Shown here piece by piece: positions 13,281-24,795 of a DNA stretch of 64,000 nucleotides. The stretch's first letter is position 1, and every line of letters begins with the position of its first letter. A model generated the notes under the pieces. It was not told the origin of the DNA. It saw only the letters and a list, made by a program, of their open reading frames with translations, and ran no database searches. A program made the position numbers and the translations under genes. Origin of the DNA: Octopus bimaculoides (Eukaryota); NCBI RefSeq assembly GCF_001194135.2, contig NC_068985.1, positions 23,208,191 to 23,272,190 on the forward strand. Reading direction: 5' to 3'.

Positions 13281-15965
13281 CTGTAAAATTCAATATTATA
13301 CACAGTCTCACACAAAAAATTTATGTTGGTACCAATTTCAGTTCGGAGATGTGTACAAAAATTAACTCATACATACAAGTAACTCGTTTACAACCATTAC
13401 ATAACGAAGAGTAAGAGATTATATTTCACTAAAACAGTCAGCGAGGGTTAGTTTCTGGGAAAAGAAATGGGCGCAATATAAGCGCTTTGCAACAAGGACT
13501 CGATTTATAAGAATGAAAAGAAATAAATATATAAACATATATACGGACAAACTTACATGCCTCGAATATTTTAATATATTTACTGTTGTATTTGCCTATG
13601 TTATAAGACATTTTAGGGACAACGAAGTTTGTGTCCGTCTTGATTATTAGACCCAACGTATATTCGTTGATCTACACTTTTTTTAATACATACACGACTT
13701 GTCTTATCATTATTATCATCACTACCATTTCATCAACATCACCATTTTGATAATGCTAATGACAGATTGACAACAATGACAATTCATAAAACGCCCCTCT
13801 CAGATTTGTGTGAATGAATAACAAGAGAGCACAGTAAAATACTACATCGTTACATGTAGGGCTTTTTATTGTTTTCGTTTTCGTGAGCTGTAACTACGTT
13901 TGGTATTGAGGTAATGTGTGTAAATAACAGCATACCGTTATACGATGTGTACGCATCATAAGATAACTATCTCTCCCAATATAATGTTTTTCTTTAATTC
14001 TCACAAGGGTGCAAGACAGGAATGTATTGTAGTACAAATGCAATAAATTGAGAAATGGTCAAAGAACACATTAAAATGGGGTGGGTGGGGTGACATATGC
14101 ACATAATATGTGCGCGCGTGATTGTGTATCTGTGGATGTGTGTAATTAATCACATTCATCCATAGATATTGACATTACAGCGCTGTGTGAATATATGTAT
14201 AACTAAGTCACTGTCATTTTGTGTACACCTTTTACAGTGTACGTGCGTATATGTGTGAGCACTTGTGTATAGTTAAAATTATTGGTATCACCTAACATGT
14301 GTATAATAATGCTGGCGTCAATAGTATAGTTCGAAATCAATGATGCTAAAATTGATGGCAGTTGTATAGCAGGAATTCTATCCAATAGATAAAGTCTAAG
14401 ATGGCACGCTGATAAACAGGCACAATTGAACTAACAGTTAAGAAAACAAGATTAACAATCGGAAAGGAATTCTTTTGTAGAGTAATCATTAACATTTTTA
14501 ATCAGGATTGAATGCATGATTTGAAACCAAGAGATAAATAAGAAGTTATACAAAACGATTTCATTATTATTAGGAACATTTAAACATTTCAAGACTGAGA
14601 TATATTATATGAAGTGGTTTGACGATTTTCAGTTAAAACACAAACAGAAATATTTCTATTTAACAGAGTAGACGGCAATTAGGTAACCTTATCCTTAATC
14701 TTATTAACCAAGTTTAATTTTTAGATATGCACCAAAGATGGTGCTTTTATCGAGAGATGATATGGTTCTTTTTTTTCTTTTTTTTACACCGTAACGTACA
14801 CACAAACTGGGCTTGTGTTTATGTGAGTACATATATGGGAGATCAATGATGCATAACCTACAACTTCCTTCACTTGTTAATTAATAGAATAAGAGCTATT
14901 CATTTGCTTCAAGCTTTCAAGTGGGAACTGGTTGCCACATATGCCTGTGCATGTTACGATATATATTGAGAAACGAATTATTTATGCACGTACACATATA
15001 CATATTGATCATTAGTTGATTTGTCAAATGAAAAGTAACTTTCTCTTTCGCCATCAACTGATATCAAGTGCAGATACTAGTGCGTAAAACAACGGTTTAA
15101 TCAATTCTACATATTGCATTAATTACAAATAAATGATTTGGAGTAATTCTGAATAAATCAATGGTGATGGGTTCTGTCACAATTCACTTGACATTCAACT
15201 AGTCACCATCACCACCCGCAGCTTTCATTTTCGAATGGTAGCTTATATACGGAGCATCATCGTAATCATCATAGCAACGAGACAGCAATAGCATAAATGA
15301 AACAAACAGTAATCTAAAATTATCATCGCACTACAATTTCATTTCCATTTTGTTGTTATGAGAGGCCGATGCTAAGATTAGATTGCACCTGTTTACGCTA
15401 GGTTCTGAAACTATAGACTTGTGATATATAACGTAAACAACAGCTTTTAATAATAGTTACGCCTGTTGGGTTATATACATAAGATGTTCTCATTCGGAAA
15501 AGTGAATAAAAGTATCATAAATAAAATTATAATTTATATTCTAAATAGACGTTTAACTATAGATATAGTCACTGAAAAAAAAAAGAAAAATACAAAAAAA
15601 AATAGTACATGCATTGCGATTAGATACAGAATGATCGGAAAGCTGTTCTGAAGTACGTGCCCAAGTAGTTAGAATTGTCAGATTTGAGTAAATGTAGACT
15701 GACATTAATCATTTGATCGTTATAATAACGACAAGAAAACTCATTCATAACAAATTAAATTCATCAAGTATAATTAATTCTGACAGAGAATGTAAACAAG
15801 AAAAATAAAAACAAGATATTTGAATTAAATTTGTGTATTTAAAAACTAAAGTTACATGACTCGAAATATATGAAAAGTATCTTAATCGTTGAACATATGG
15901 TAACTAAACATGAAAAACGTTCGAGGATGCTATAAATAAGCGAAACTATACATAACATAACATAC

Positions 15966-16069
15966 CTGTAAGATGGAATCCTGGGACGATGAGCCAACTG
16001 CACCATGCAACGGTACATGTCCATCTTACGGCTTGTTCTGATACTTGGCTTTCGTTTACCTTGAAACAT
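15966..16069 (-). CDS. Putative first exon of a divergent gene (MFQGKRKPSIRTSRKMDMYRCMVQLAHRPRIPSY+AG)
   Basis: Open frame from ATG 16069 ending in a strong AG|GTATGT donor; head-to-head with RRP7A; product not recognised and could be non-coding. Confidence 0.4.
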
Positions 16070-16135
16070 AGCAGAACACCGGAAATTCAGATGTCGATTT
16101 CACAACCAACACTTCCGTTAGCGACAAACATGGCG
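16070..16135. promoter_or_regulatory. Putative bidirectional housekeeping promoter / 5' region
   Basis: ETS-like CCGGAAA (16079-85) and ACTTCCG (16111-17); YY1-like AAACATGGCG (16126-35) at the ATG; locally CpG-rich; lies between divergent ATGs. Confidence 0.5.
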
Positions 16136-16160
16136 AAGCACAACGTGCTTGGTTTCAACG
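16130..16160 (+). CDS. RRP7A: RRP7A exon 1 (MAKHNVLGFN+G)
   Basis: ATG in context aaacATGG; GT donor at 16161 (gtaacg); phase 1 joins exon 2 in frame. Confidence 0.8.
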
Positions 16161-17547
16161 GTAACGTTAATTTTGCCAAATTTCTATTTTTTTAATTGTT
16201 TCAAGTAACCTCATCATGCTTATTTTATATTTCAGTAACCGATTATAACGTATGAAAACTGCTTTGAGGTTTCAAACGTATTTCTTTCCATTGTTTTGTT
16301 TTTAAAAGTTTCGATCTTGTTTGCCATCAGATTTCTCTCTTAAAAATCTCAGTTAATATAGAAATGTGATTATTTTGAAACTGTTATCGTTATATTAAAT
16401 GTGTAGAAATTATTAATTTTGTGATTTATTGATTCAGATTTTTTTGAAAAATAAAACTTTGAAGTATAAAGATTGTTATTCTCAAGTACATTTGCATCTT
16501 GTTCACAAACACGTGTTAAATTTATTTTATATGTTGCAGTTCTAAGCTTTCTCGTTATTTTCCCACTTGTTTTCACACACCAGTCATTACACTTCTCTGT
16601 GATTATTTGGTTTTGTATATTTTTTACCATGAGTCGGTAAGGAGACTTTTGAGTAGTCACTGGACTGGTTAACAACATTGTTGCTTGACTTGTTACCATA
16701 GTTCGCCTTTGGAAATGATTTCAGCAATTTGTAATGAGAAGGATTTTTAATAGATTGACTGTCTGTAATCATAATTGTGGATTAACCCCATGTTGGTATT
16801 TGAACTGTGATTTTTTTTTTTCTGTCTCTCCAAGGATTCTGTAAGTTAAGGGTTAGCAACAAATGTATGAAATTTAGTGTAGCACTTCCACAAAAGCATT
16901 AACCAAAATGTACAAAAGTAGACATGATGCAAAAAGATAGAGTGAAAAGTAAAAGTGTTTTATGCTACTGACGTAGAAGAGAAAGAAGTAGTGAAGTCAG
17001 ATATCATAATGTTGGTCTGGATGACAAGCGATCAAGATGATTGGTGATAAACTATAGCATCTATCCAACCTATGTCAGCATAGAGAAATAGCTGTTATTT
17101 CAAGCATGTCAAGTGACTGTATAGAAGCTCATTGGCTCATCTGTGATCATGAGAAAAGCTAATGGTAGATAGATTGCTTAAGAGTGAGATACTATGCTGT
17201 GTATTTTCAAAGATCAGTGTGTATCTCTGTAAGGGGAGAGAGAGTGAAATGATTGGTGAAGGAAGGGGACTAGCTCTGGAATACATTATCTTTGAGGAAC
17301 CAGTTTGAAAATTAGTTTTAAAATATTAAGTTTAGAATTCTATGATTATTCTCGGCTTTCTATTTCAGGAATAGGTCGGGATAATCAGCAAAATCAGATA
17401 TTATACATTCCTGAAGCTTCCAAACATTAAGAGTGTGCATGTGTGTATATATATTTCATGTTGTCACTATTATTGTGCTAAAATGTGTCATAACTCATGC
17501 AATCAATATATTTGTGTTAGATTTTTTTTATATTTTTGTACTTGCAG

Positions 17548-17687
17548 TCGTTCGTGTTAAAATAACAGAAGACACTGAAGTTATTCGACATCTTTTTATT
17601 AAACCTCATTCTACAAGAGACGCAGATCCCCAACGACCAAAAAACAGAACCTTGTTTGTCATCAATATTCCTCCATATGTGAATAAA
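17548..17687 (+). CDS. RRP7A: RRP7A exon 2 (VVRVKITEDTEVIRHLFIKPH...RTLFVINIPPYVNK)
   Basis: Pyrimidine tract + cttgcag acceptor; gtaggt donor; RTLFVxNIPPY motif of the Rrp7 N-terminal RRM-like domain. Confidence 0.95.
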
Positions 17688-18077
17688 GTAGGTCTTTATT
17701 AGAATATTTCAGATGTTTAGCAGAAATGTAGTTTAAATGTAATGAATCACAAACCATACACCAGACCCATTGTTAAAATTGTCCATAATGCATAATACAC
17801 CAAACCTACTCAACAAGAATACTCAAATGCTAAAGACCCTGCACATATGTATAAATTTACAGTTCCTATTTACTCCTATATATATATTGATGTCACTTCT
17901 CAGATGGCTCTGGGGTTACCTGATTTTTTTTACTATCAGTTTGGTTTTTATCATGTATACCTGTAATCTCTACTCCTGACTGCAATGAGAACTAGATCAT
18001 CAGCATATAAAAGTTCCCATTGTCAACTAATCTTGATATCTTGCATATAGTTTTAAGAGCCATAATGAATAAAAAGT

Positions 18078-18331
18078 GACTTGTTCTCAACCAGGGTCTA
18101 TATGACCCTTGGAGGTTCATATGAGATTTTGTTAAAATTTATGTGCAAAATAAGTCAGTTATATTTCTACATTACACAAAAACATTTTCACATTTTTTTA
18201 ATACAATTCCTAATATTATTTAATTTTAGAAATACAAGAGGATTTTTAAAAACTCTAATGGCTATGGGATTCCACCTGAGTGAAATAGGTATTAAAAGGG
18301 TCCATAGGAAAAAAATGGTTGCAAACCACTG
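18078..18331. mobile_element. Degenerate hAT-type MITE
   Basis: Ends ttgttctcaacc and ggttgcaaaccactg resemble CAGTGGTTCTCAACC TIRs; no TSD seen. Confidence 0.4.
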
Positions 18332-18897
18332 ATCCTAGTAGACACTTATCTGTACACTAAATGTTTAACTGAACTTGTTGTTGGCTATACTGCACAAATA
18401 ATACATCTCAACCTATTTCTTCAAACATCCACCAGTCTACAGTTTGGAGGACTGTGTCATAGACACTGAGTGGTTTGCTCTTCATCATCATCATCGTTTA
18501 ATGTCTGCTTTCCATGCTAGCATGGGTTGGACGATTTGACTGAGGACTGGTGGAACCCGAAGGCTACACCAGGCTCCAATCTGATTTGGCAGAGTTTCTA
18601 CAGCTGGATGCCCTTCCTAACGCCAACCACTCAGAGAGTGTAGTGGGTGCTTTTACGTGTCACCCGCACGAAGGCCAGTCAGGCAGTACTGGCAACGGCC
18701 ACGCTCAAAATGGTGTATTTTATGTGCCACCCGCACGAGAGCCAGTCCAGGGGCACTGAAGAAATTTACTTACAATGCCTTCAATATAGAGATATAGCTT
18801 TTGTTGGTCTTTGTCCTGACATAAACCAAAACTGTTTTATCCATGCTAATAAGAACTGTAAGAAATCAGTATTATAGCTGTATTGTATTATTTAATG

Positions 18898-19264
18898 TGG
18901 AGGCACAATGGCCCAGTGGTTAGGGCAGCGGACTCGCAGTCATAGGATCGCGGTTTCGATTCCCAGACCGGGCGTTGTGAGTGTTTATTGAGCGAAAACA
19001 CCTAAAGCTCCACGAGGCTCTGGCAGGGGATGGTGGTGAATCCTGCTGTACACTTTCACCACAACTTTCTCTTACTTCCTGTTTCTGTTGTGCCTGTAAT
19101 TCAAAGGGTCAGCCTTGTCACACTGTGTCACGCTGAATATCCCTGAGAACTACGTTAAGGGTACACGTGTTTGTGGAGTGCTCAGCCACTTGCACGTTAA
19201 TTTCACGAGCAGGCTGTTCCGTTCATCGGATCAACTGGAACCCTCAACGTCGTAAGCGACGGAG
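18898..19264 (+). mobile_element. tRNA-derived SINE family A
   Basis: A box tggcccagtggttagg, B box ggtttcgattccc; 14-bp TSD TGTATTATTTAATG (18884-97, 19265-78). Confidence 0.92.
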
Positions 19265-19988
19265 TGTATTATTTAATGCTGATAGTGAGGAAACATGAGT
19301 AAGATGTAGTTCCCTAACCTGTCTTGGACAGCAGGAACTAAAAATAAGAACTGACTCAGTTTATGATTACATATCCAGCCCACATCTGCTATGAGGATGA
19401 TGAGTGATATAGTATAAACTGCACATATACCAGGATTATATCAGTTTCAAAAATCGATGCATGTTAAGTATAGACATTAACTATCATCGATTTTATTGAA
19501 TATAATTACAGATAGTGGTATTTTACACCAAATTATCACAAAATGATGTACAATTGAATATAGTTACAAATAGTAATAATTTACACCAAAATATCACAAA
19601 ATGATGTATGCTCACATCACCTTTTATACGTATACCATTTGTATCTGCACTTTACACTTATTTAAATGTAAGCATCTGTTTGTTATTCAGTCTTAAGTTA
19701 ACCTTTAATATCAATATAAATATATGCATATAATGTTTTTGCTAAGATGGGTGGTTTTTGTTAATAACGATTGCTGTTTTGCCTAAATTCCATTCCTAAT
19801 CATAATTACTGGTGGTAAACTGAGTTATGTACCTACCTCAAAGGCACCACACAATTGCTATTGTCCACTTTGAACTCCCATCTATTGTATTTCATGTGTG
19901 TGTGCTGTGTATGTAAATATGGAGAGAAAAGCAAGAAATGTGCCACCATCAAGTTCTTAAACTGATTTACTTTATTTTCTTCTTTTAG

Positions 19989-20114
19989 AAATGCTTGGAG
20001 AACTTTTTCTTAAAATGTGGTAAAATAGAAAATATTTTCTTGTGCAACAAACCAACAACTGATCCAGTTTCTGTGGAGGTATCAAAATACATACCAAATA
20101 CAGAGCCTTTAATG
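19989..20114 (+). CDS. RRP7A: RRP7A exon 3 (KCLENFFLKCGKIENIF...PNTEPLM)
   Basis: ttttcttcttttag acceptor; gtatgg donor; 126 nt, phase 0-0; aligns with the LSRLLSTCG region of vertebrate RRP7A. Confidence 0.9.
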
Positions 20115-20639
20115 GTATGGCTAATTTGTTTATATTATTATCTATATAGAATAAGAAATGACTGTACGCTTATTTCAGTGCCTCTCTTTACATTTCGGTT
20201 CATCACTATAGAGAAATTCTTTTATCTCTCAACTATGATTTTAACGTATCTCAGTTTTAAAGGTGCTTATCTATAACATTTGAGGTTTTCTTCAAAGTGT
20301 GTTGTGTCAGTGCTTTGATTTCTTTTATAGGAAGAGAAATATGTATGTGTATATATATATATATATATATATCATCCTCATCATCATTTGATATCCATTT
20401 TCCATGCTGGTATGGGTGGACACTTGACAGGATCCATGTATACATAAGACAGATGCATGTGTATGTCTGTACTCACACGTGTGTGCATGTGCACACTCCA
20501 CATATGTGCTACAGAGGATACACCATATTTAGTTTTAGTGAAGTTTTTTCTCCAAAAGTACTTAACAAATATTCACATGTCTCTATAAACTTCTACACTA
20601 GCAAAGTCATGAAATGTAATTTTCAGAAGGAAGCTGATT

Positions 20640-21790
20640 AGTTTCCGAGAAGAGAATAACTTCCTTAGTGGCACCAACACAGATTCAGTTCACAAAGGTG
20701 TTGCCTCACACAGCTCCTACAGCATTATGGCTAGGCACTAAAACAGTAACTCAGTCATTCAAATATAGATCTGATATCTCTTGAATTTGCAAAGGCCTTT
20801 GTTAAAGTCAGTCATGAGATGATGTATCACACACTTAGTAACGTCAGCATACTTGGAAAACTAGGGGTGCAGTTGAATGACATGTTAAAAGGTAGGGGTC
20901 AAATAGTTGCAGCCATTGGTGCTCTTAGATCAATTCTAAGCAGAGCCTCTTAGGAAACTATTGGAAACACTGCCGTTTGTAGTGGCTCTTTCATCATACA
21001 GTTAACAAATCTCACCAGCTATGCTAATGATATAAAATTATCACAGACAGTCAAGAAATCTATTGATGATGCAGAATGACATAAAACCTGAATGCAGTAT
21101 ACAAATGGGCTGAAGAAAGCAAGACATAGTTCACTACTGAAAAATTTCAAGTATTCTGCTACCATCACACAAACAGATCGCAGCTAGAACATATAAGACC
21201 AGAAGGTATTGCAGTCTTGAAGTCACAATCAATACATTATCACGGAATTGATGTTAGTAATGATACATCATTCTGTGTGCTTATTACTAAGATAGCAACA
21301 ATGTGCAAGCAACAGGATGGTTGGATTCTGAGATCATTCAGAACAAAGCATAAAAGGAAACCATGATGGCCCTCTGAAGAGTATTTGTTTTTCAGTTTCC
21401 TGGTCTAAAGCTTCCAAATATGATTGCCTCATTGCCACAGATAAACTATTGAGAGACATTAAAAGAACTGAGGCTGTACTCCCTGGAACAAAGACATGAA
21501 AGATATGAAGTGATATGTATATATATAAAAAGATCCTGGTGGGGTCTGGTACCAAATATCCCACCCTCTCCATCTAGAATAAGAACCTGAAACTATAACA
21601 GCTTAGGGTTCGAAGGCCCACAACTTTTCAATATCCTGCCAAAAAAACTTATAAATCTGCAAAGCATAAATATGGATGTATTTAAAAAACACTTTGACAA
21701 ATTTTATCTGGGATCCTAGACAAACCTACATCAAAGCAAGAAATACAAGTGAGGACAGTGATATCCAGTTCTATCAGTCATCAAAACCAA
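20640..21790 (+). mobile_element. CR1/L2-like LINE 3' fragment, decayed
   Basis: FAKAF.KV.H RT motif near 20790; GWILRSFRT near 21320; GPQLFNILPK...VFKK.LD C-terminal motif near 21615. Confidence 0.75.
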
Positions 21791-22110
21791 CTATAGAGTG
21801 AGGGCTGCAAACATGAAATCAATTTAAAGTCTTACCTACAACAGAGTTCAGTTCAGTATTTAAACTTTTGTGTTTAGATGCGTCAGCTGTTTTTAAGGGT
21901 TCACAAAAGAGTGTAAGTAGGTGGTAAGTTGTAGTTTGTTGGCATGTTGATGTTATTTAGGGGTTTTTTGATAACACCAAATTTAACAATAAAAATTCTC
22001 CATAGCAACTTGCCATCACAACCTAATTAGCAGTCAACAGAATTCAGCTTACCCTTGAAAATTTTAACTTAGATGAGACTACATAAATTCCAGGTGAACT
22101 GAAATGTACC

Positions 22111-22154
22111 ACAGCCTGATGATGGCTTAGTGGCTGAAACTTAGAAGTCACTGT
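22111..22154 (+). ncRNA. Degenerate type I hammerhead ribozyme motif in RRP7A intron 3
   Basis: ACAGC-CUGAUGA-U-GGC UUAGUG GCU-GAAA-CUUAGAA-GUC-ACUGU; core intact; stem I first pair is a C.A mismatch. Confidence 0.45.
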
Positions 22155-22463
22155 CAATACTATTCTTGTTAAAGAATAATAAATTTGTACACTGCCAAAT
22201 GTGTTGGGTTATCCATCAGCTTAATGTAAAACTGCTTTTATTGTGACTTTAAAACAAACATTAATGTGTGTGTGTATATATATTAAAGTACTTTTAATGA
22301 TACTAATGGTTTCATACAAATTCATTCACAATTATTCAGTCATAGTTCAAATAATACTGACTGCTCAGCAAATTTATTCACATAAAAGCATTAGTATCAT
22401 ATTAACAGCACCCTACTATTGTAAAAATTATTCATTCACCAATGTGGTTTTGATCACACACTC

Positions 22464-22885
22464 TTAAATAGCCACGAGCATGGCTATGTGGTAAGAAGCT
22501 TGCTTCCCAACCACATGGTTCCAGGGTTCAGTCCTGCTGCATAGGACCTTGGGCAAGTGTCTTCTACTATAGCCAGGGTTGACTATTGCCATCTGAGTGG
22601 ATTTGGCAAGCAGAAACTGAAAGAAGCCCATCATATATGCATGTGTGTGTTACTGTCTCCTGTCTTCTTGCCTTAACTTTGCCTGATAGTTGTAAACTAG
22701 TGTCACCATAATGTAAGCAGTGACCTTTTGTTTTCAATCTCCTGTGAAAGCATGTTTGGGCATGAGGAAATGTTATCTTACTTGGAAACAGGTGAGGGTT
22801 AGTGACAGGAAGAGCATCCAGCCATAGAAAAATCTGCCAACCCATGCATGCATGGAAAAGTGAATGCTAAAGTAATGATAACTCT
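22464..22885 (+). mobile_element. SINE family B (CORE-like centre accttgggcaagtgtctt) with LINE-like tail
   Basis: Pol III-like head, CORE-like domain, microsatellite, 3' end similar to the RTE UTR. Head-only or partial copies on - at 682-838, 1810-1980, 44145-44300, 47390-47545, 61870-62015. Confidence 0.8.
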
Positions 22886-22924
22886 TTAGTTATGATGCAA
22901 TATGCATGCACGAAATTTAAAATG

Positions 22925-24795
22925 TAAGGTGAGGGTTGGCAATGAGTATAGTGAAGAATTCCGTGTAAAGGTAGGGGTTCACCAAGGTTCTGTCCTCAGC
23001 CCTCTCCTATTCATCATAGTCCTCCAGGCGATAACAGAGGAATTCAAGACAGGATGCCCCTGGGAGCTCCTCTATGCTGACGACCTTGCACTAATTGCTG
23101 AGTCACTATCAGAACTAGAGAAGTTTCAGGTGTGGAAGCAGGGACTAGAATCGAAGGGCCTTAGAGTCAACCTAGCTAAAACCAAAGTCCTTATAAGTAG
23201 AAAGGTAGAGAAAGCACAAACCACTTCAGGTAGATGGCCCTGCTCGATTTGTAGAAAAGGCGTAGGTAGAAACTCTATAAGATGTACCCAGTGCAAGCTA
23301 TGGACACATAAGAGGTGCAGNNNNNNNNNNNNNNNNNNNNNNNNNNNNNNNNNNNNNNNNNNNNNNNNNNNNNNNNNNNNNNNNNNNNNNNNNNNNNNNN
23401 NNNNNNNNNNNNNNNNNNNNNNNNNNNNNNNNNNNNNNNNNNNNNNNNNNNNNNNNNNNNNNNNNNNNNNNNNNNNNNNNNNNNNNNNNNNNNNNNNNNN
23501 NNNNNNNNNNNNNNNNNNNNNNNNNNNNNNNNNNNNNNNNNNNNNNNNNNNNNNNNNNNNNNNNNNNNNNNNNNNNNNNNNNNNNNNNNNNNNNNNNNNN
23601 NNNNNNNNNNNNNNNNNNNNNNNNNNNNNNNNNNNNNNNNNNNNNNNNNNNNNNNNNNNNNNNNNNNNNNNNNNNNNNNNNNNNNNNNNNNNNNNNNNNN
23701 NNNNNNNNNNNNNNNNNNNNNNNNNNNNNNNNNNNNNNNNNNNNNNNNNNNNNNNNNNNNNNNNNNNNGCTCCGATGGATGAGTAATGTCAGTGTGCATA
23801 CCTGACAGAGCGTAAGTATCTTGAGAGAAAAGTTGAACATAAGAAGCATCAGTTGTGGTGTGCAAGAGAGACGATTGCACTGGTATGGACATGTGGTGAG
23901 AATGGATGAGGATAGCTGCGTGAAAAAGTGCCACACCCTAGCGGTTAAGAGAACCCGTGGAAGAGGCAGGCCTAGGAAGACCTGGGATGAGGTGGTGAAG
24001 CACGACCTCCGAACATTAGGCCTCACCGAGGCAATGACTTGTGACCGTGACCATTGGAAATATGCTGTGCGTGAGAAGACCCAGCAGGCCAAGGAAGACC
24101 AAAATCCAAGGCCTCTGCCAGGGATGTTGCCAGCCCACTTACTCGTAACATTTCTTTATTGGACACTAAACATGGTGAGGCAAGTGAAATCGAAATTGAA
24201 CTAAATTTGCAGGAACACTAAACTCGGCTTGCGAAGACCTGTTGAGGCAAGCGAAAGCAAAATCATGATGGCACCTGTACCAGTGGAGCACTAAGAGCAC
24301 CGTCCGAGCGTGATCGTTGCCAGAGCAGCTGTCTGGCTTCCGTGCCGGTGGCACATAAATAGCACCAGCGTGATCGTTATCAACGTCGCCTTCCTGGCAC
24401 GTGAAAAGTCATTCGAGCGAGATCGTTGCCAGTGTCGATGGGCTGGCTCCTGTGCAGGTGACACGTAAAATACACCATTTCAAGCGTAGCTTTTGCCAGT
24501 AAGACATCCGAGCGAGATCGTTGCCAGTGCTGCTGGACTGGCTCCTGTGCAGGTGGCACGTAAAATACACCATTTCAAGCGTGGCTGTTGCCAGTACCCG
24601 CCTGACTGGCCCTCGTGCCAGTGGCATGTAAAAGCACCCACTACACTCCCGGAGTGGTTGGCGTTAGAAAGGGCATCCAGCTGTAGAAACTTTGCCAAAT
24701 CAGGTTGGAGCCTGGTGTCGCCTCCTGGTCCACCAGTCCTCAGTCAAATTGTCCAACCCATGCTAGCATGGAAAGTGGACATTAAACGACAATAT
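22925..24795 (+). mobile_element. RTE-like LINE 3' half (RT, Cys/His finger, C-terminus, long 3' UTR), spanning a gap
   Basis: VGVHQGSVLSPLLF, LLYADDL, RRLHWYGHVVRM, GRGRPRKTW; followed by a UTR with internal ~75-bp repeats. Confidence 0.93.
23321..23768. other. Assembly gap (others: 2269-2310, 46756-47120, 53682-53886, 57613-57761, 59525-59581, 60588-60597)
   Basis: Runs of N, mostly inside LINEs or microsatellites. Confidence 0.99.

Noticed and set aside
13553-13670. Possible middle exon of the divergent gene (GTAAGT donor on - near 13557)
   Set aside because: Weak purine-rich acceptor; phase incompatible with the ATG-bearing frame of the upstream exon
16370-16699. 109-aa antisense ORF in RRP7A intron 1
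   Set aside because: No recognisable motif or splice context; consistent with a chance ORF
18537-18570. CUGAGGA followed by a hairpin (CUGGU-GA-ACCAG) in every LINE-UTR copy, resembling a hammerhead half
   Set aside because: The hairpin is followed by AUGG rather than the invariant GAAA, and no stem III or UH site follows
18898-18970. tRNA-like sequence with A and B boxes
   Set aside because: No complete cloverleaf; it is the head of a TSD-flanked SINE
20250-20276. Intron 3 read-through peptide SFKGAYL* resembling exon 4 CYKVAYV
   Set aside because: Immediate stop and wrong phase at the nearby AG; the true exon 4 is at 26906; likely coincidence
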